Positions 59,796 through 64,000 of a stretch of DNA of 64,000 nt are shown piece after piece. The first letter of the stretch is position 1. Each line of letters begins with the position of its first letter. Source of the DNA: Styela clava (lineage: Eukaryota); the NCBI RefSeq assembly GCF_964204865.1, contig NC_135260.1, positions 13,144,001 to 13,208,000 on the forward strand, in the 5' to 3' direction. The notes under the pieces were generated by a model, which had not been told where the DNA came from, made no database searches, and saw only the letters and a program-made list of their open reading frames with translations. Both the position numbers and the translations under genes were made by a program.

Positions 59796-61273
59796 GTAAA
59801 CGACTTTATTATGATTCGATACAAACAGCTTTTTGAATATTGATGTAATTCGAGAATTGAGTTTATTGGATAGGACCAGTGTTACGAATTTAGCAATAGG
59901 GACACAAGTAATTTGTTTCTAGAACAAAGTGCAATGTTCAAACAAATACGCAATGTGATCGGAATGTTTTCCAATGAATTAAAAAAGCGCTAAATATATT
60001 TTAGCTTATTCCTCGGCTCCGTAGCACTCAGTAAAATAAAATAAAAGTAATAGCCTTGTAGCTACTTTTCGCTACAGTAGCCCATTTCAAGTACATACTG
60101 AAAGTTTGTGATCAATTGATCCGGTAGTTGCAAAAAGAAGCTATTTTTTCAAAGCAACAGTTTTGCAAAATGATCCATACGTCCATTACGTATCCAATAA
60201 ACATTATTTATGACATACATCGTAATTTGCGACCTTTGTTAGATCCTCTTTGGTTAAACAAGAATATCTTCAGATTTATCATACACTCGACCAAAATTCG
60301 GATTATGGAATCCATCATCACAGAGCAAACTTTGCTTGCTCAACTTTAGGTTCATTTGAACCCAAATCCTACGAATGCCATTTAATTGAGAATGAGTTTA
60401 AACACATTATACTTAAATTTTATACGCTAGTATTGATCTAAAAGTCGCCTCGTGTTGAATTCATATCCAAATTAAATATACATTATTGATGGAGATGTTG
60501 CTGTATAAAATGCGATCTAGCCTTTTAGCTATATAAATACGGTGTTCGATGCACAAATAAATTTTGCAATGTAAATAACACATTTTCAAATTAAAATCCT
60601 GCATTAGAGCGTAGCAACAAATACCATTATTACCTGCCACTCCGAGGCAGTGATATCTGTAAGATGTCGACGTCCTCACGTTTATGTGAAAAATGACCAT
60701 TCATAAATATGACGATGAGATAAGTAAATTTATACGACCAGAAATAGAAGCACTTTTAAAACTACCGTGCGAATAATCATAAATACGCCAGTTAAATATT
60801 GAAAACCAATCTTCGAATTTACAGGTGTACACACAGAGTTTTATAGCTAACCGCAATATGACACGTACAAAACTAGTTTTGGTGGACATTGAATGAATAA
60901 GTAAATGATGAAGACAGCTTAATTATGAACTTATTCATGACAGCCGGCGACTAAACTACGACTGCTAGCTGCTACATTTTTCTTCGTTTACCAGTTTATA
61001 GTATGTTTCACAATTTGTGATATTTGCACGAACAACCGTCATTGGTGCCGTATCTTTTCGTATATATATACTGAAAATGATTGCTTTTTGATTCTCTATT
61101 CATACTGATTTGAAATTATTTGAGCAATCTTTTCCGTCAGCCAAGCAGAACAAACATAAATACCGATGAAAATGTAAATAGTTCTAATTGTATATTGTGT
61201 AACATTGAACAAATCTAAAAATCAACGTTCACAATTAATAACTAATTAATGCAGACGTATTTGTTTGACGCAG

Positions 61274-61669
61274 GGTCGATATCGGAATCTATGGGAAAAG
61301 TACTACTCAAAGTGTGATGCAATCATCTTCGTTCTCGACAGTTCTGATCGCTTGAGAATACCAGTAGCTAAAGAAGAACTTAATGAACTACTCAAACATC
61401 CTTCGATTGCGGGAAAACCTAATCTACCAATATTGTTCTATGCCAACAAATGTGACATCAGAAATTCAATGCCAGCGCCGAAATGCGCACAACTTTTAGG
61501 CCTCAACAAAGGGTCATGGGAAGGAAATGACTTGGATAATGAAAGTCCTGATTTTAGACCTTGGTATATTTGTGCATCAAATGCTCAGACTGGCGAAGGT
61601 TTAAATGAAGGAATCAAGTGGATTTCAGAAAAATTAGTATCCCCTGGCAAGGTCAATCGCCTGGTTTAG
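61274..61669 (+). CDS. ARL6: ARL6 (BBS3), exon 2; spliced protein 204 aa
   Basis: GCAG| acceptor; GRYRNLWEKYY, IIFVLDSSDRLR..AKEEL, ANKCD, PWYICAS..GEGL; AATAAA at 61687. Confidence 0.95.
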   Translation, partial: GRYRNLWEKYYSKCDAIIFVLDSSDRLRIPVAKEELNELLKHPSIAGKPNLPILFYANKCDIRNSMPAPKCAQLLGLNKGSWEGNDLDNESPDFRPWYICASNAQTGEGLNEGIKWISEKLVSPGKVNRLV

Positions 61670-61947
61670 TAATGTTTATATCAGAAAATAAACATTGAAT
61701 TACCAAAGCCATAAGTTTCAATCTTTTATATAAAAGCATCGTAATGATCATTACAATATTTATGTCAATATTAAACGAATCTAGGATTATGATTATTATT
61801 TGAGTATATATAAATAAAATATTGATCCTATTTATTAAATAAACTAATGCAGTGAACGAATGTGATAATATGAATTTAAAATGTAAATGAACACGTTTTA
61901 ATATATTCTTGTGACGTTTTGATTATTTGTGAACATACAAAATTGTG

Positions 61948-62180
61948 CGCTCGCGTAGTATGTGAACCAAGATGGCGGACACCGGAACATAGTATGTATA
62001 CCAGGTTAGAGTTAGGCCATAATTTCATTCCAATTTCCTTATTTTAGTTCTATTACAAGTTTGGAGAATAGCCAAGTGACTCCCGTAGTATTTGTACCTG
62101 AAATTATGGCCTAACCCTAACCTGGTACACATACTACGTTCCGGTGTACGCCATCTTGGTTCACATACTTCGGGAGTATC
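61948..62180. mobile_element. Foldback MITE with ~75-bp TIRs containing telomere-like TTAGGG
   Basis: AGTATGTGAACCAAGATGGCG..CACCGGAAC..AGTATGT..ACCAGGTTAG(A/G)GTTAGGCCATAATTTCA and its reverse complement; flanking 10-bp direct repeat CAAAATTGTG. Confidence 0.88.
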
Positions 62181-62340
62181 CAAAATTGTGTCCCAGTTCA
62201 ATTATCTTCTAGAACTTAATGAGGTTTTTGTCTCAGCGACACAGCTATTTTACCATTAAAAATATTTATTTTTTTTACTTCGGTTCTAATATCGTGATCA
62301 ATTCTGTACTAATACAGGTCGGGGTGCTACCTACTAAAAA

Positions 62341-63469
62341 ATGCAATGCATACCCGCATGCTTTTGCACCAACCAATATTTGCACCCACTGACATCTGCA
62401 CTCATAGATTCTAGCACCCGCATATAGATTACACCCGCGGACATTTGCACCCATGGACTTTGCAGTTTGCACCCACGAACATTTGCACCCCTGTACATTT
62501 GAACCCACGAACATTTGTACCTTGGACATTTGCACCAACGGAAATTTGCACCTGCAGATTGCACCCGCGAAAATTTGCACCTACCTACGTTTGCACCCAC
62601 GGACATTCGCATTCACGTACATTTGCACCCATGGAAATTTGTACCCGTGACGTTTTCACGCATATGCATTCGCCCCAAGAACACCTGCTGTACCCGTGGA
62701 TATTTGCACCTGTATAAATTTGCATCCACAGTCGTGCTAGCTCGCGATGTCGCGAATAACAGTGTTTCAGAAAAACTATAACCAACTACAAATATATATT
62801 CGAAATAAAGACGGATTACAAATTTTAAGCTGACACAGCAAACGAAAACCGATCGTAGATGGATTAATTCAGTGTAAACGCCAGTGTAAAACCAACTGTA
62901 CGAGACAAGAGAGACGTGCTTTGAGAAAGAGTAATAGATAACAGAAATCAGATAGCGAGACACGAGCGAAAGCAGAATTTGTACGGAACAGGTTGTTTAC
63001 AGCACTTTCCTACTTTTTGTATTGTTGGGTCAGAATGGTGTCTATACCGATGCGGATTGTTTTCCGCCGGTTTCGGGTTTTTGCTCGACCTGAGTTGATG
63101 TATGGAAATCCAAATTTATCGCGTTCGGGTTTGCAATAAGTTCGTCTTCATTACCATTCATAACATTAAGGAGTCGTCCGTATTTCGACGCGAATGTCAA
63201 TGAAACCTTTTTTACTTCAACGACTGGTATACATGGGTGTAAACTGCAAATGTTTGAGGGTGCGAAATTCTATGGTTGCAAATGTCTATGAATGCAAATG
63301 GCCATCGATGCAAATATTCGTGAGTGCAAATGTTCATGGGTGTATATGTATGCGGGTGCAATTTTACGTGGGTGCTAATGACTGCGGGTGCAAATGTACG
63401 TGGGTGCAAATGTCCGCGGCCCAAATGTTCGCGGGTGCAAATGTACGTGGGTGCAAATGTACATGTCAC
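62341..63469. repeat. Two inverted arrays of a 16-bp unit (core CATTTGCACCC) flanking a ~500-bp unique core; probable foldback-type element
   Basis: About 23 degenerate TTTGCACC units at 62341-62730 and about 14 GGTGCAAA units at 63235-63469. Confidence 0.85.
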
Positions 63470-64000
63470 TATGCTGTGTTTGTTGAGCAATTGAATTGCT
63501 CATTCCAAAAAGGCCACGTAATGGCACAATTTCTAAAATAGGCCAAATTGAATACAAAGTAACAGACCAGAGTAAACGTAGCAACAAATAAAAGTAGCCT
63601 AATATTCTTTATGTATTATGTATTTGACTTGCAACCAATTATTTAAATATGAGATTGAATTGTGCATAAACACTCTGAACTTTGCTCATATTTATGTGAA
63701 GTATTCTTTCAAACCATAAATGATACAAATACATTCATATTTCTTCAATATATTTACTATTCTTTCCTTGCTCACACAAATCACAAAAACGGGGGGATTG
63801 TGAGACGACCGAGGACCTGAATAACCAAAAGACGTTTGAACTCAAAAGTTAAGGCCAGTTCAATTCTCTCAAAGTCACATACTTATTAACAGTTGCGATG
63901 GTGCATTTGTACTTCTATGTGGCAAATATAATAAAACCCAATATAAATACTTAGCAGCGGATTTTAGCAAATATACTGTGGTGGTAGATATAGTTTTGCT

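Noticed and set aside
62341-63469. CRISPR-like array, or Cys-rich (metallothionein-like) ORFs such as 62275-62580, 62334-62612 and 63194-63541
   Set aside because: The 16-bp period with 5-6 nt variable parts is far too short for CRISPR, the context is eukaryotic and there are no cas genes. The GCKC/VQM/GANV peptides appear in all frames and are translations of the repeat

Overview
AT-rich, intron-containing animal genomic DNA. An invertebrate chordate such as an ascidian is my inference from composition and repeat types, not a proven assignment. The window holds (i) the first coding exon of an unidentified minus-strand gene running off the left edge (2650-3104); (ii) a ~15 kb nested transposon island (15.5-30.3 kb) between two divergently transcribed genes; (iii) a complete 12-coding-exon mixed-lineage kinase gene (MLK, MAP3K9/10/11/21 family; 33621-54425, 1271 aa by my splice model) with many intronic MITEs; and (iv) a 2-exon ARL6/BBS3 gene (59577-61669, 204 aa) followed by foldback-type repeats. 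The island contains Tx1/L1-type LINEs, a tRNA-derived SINE, Helentron-like HINEs, non-autonomous LTR elements sharing one PBS, and hAT and Mutator/foldback-like DNA transposons, several with exact TSDs. The most unusual items are a Tx1/L1-type LINE whose ORF1 carries an SGNH esterase; an RT-deleted but apparently recently inserted LINE in a palindromic target inside an LTR; a protease-only LTR element split by a 9-bp-TSD foldback element; and four identical 20-bp GC palindromes in an MLK intron. No CRISPR or prokaryotic system was found.
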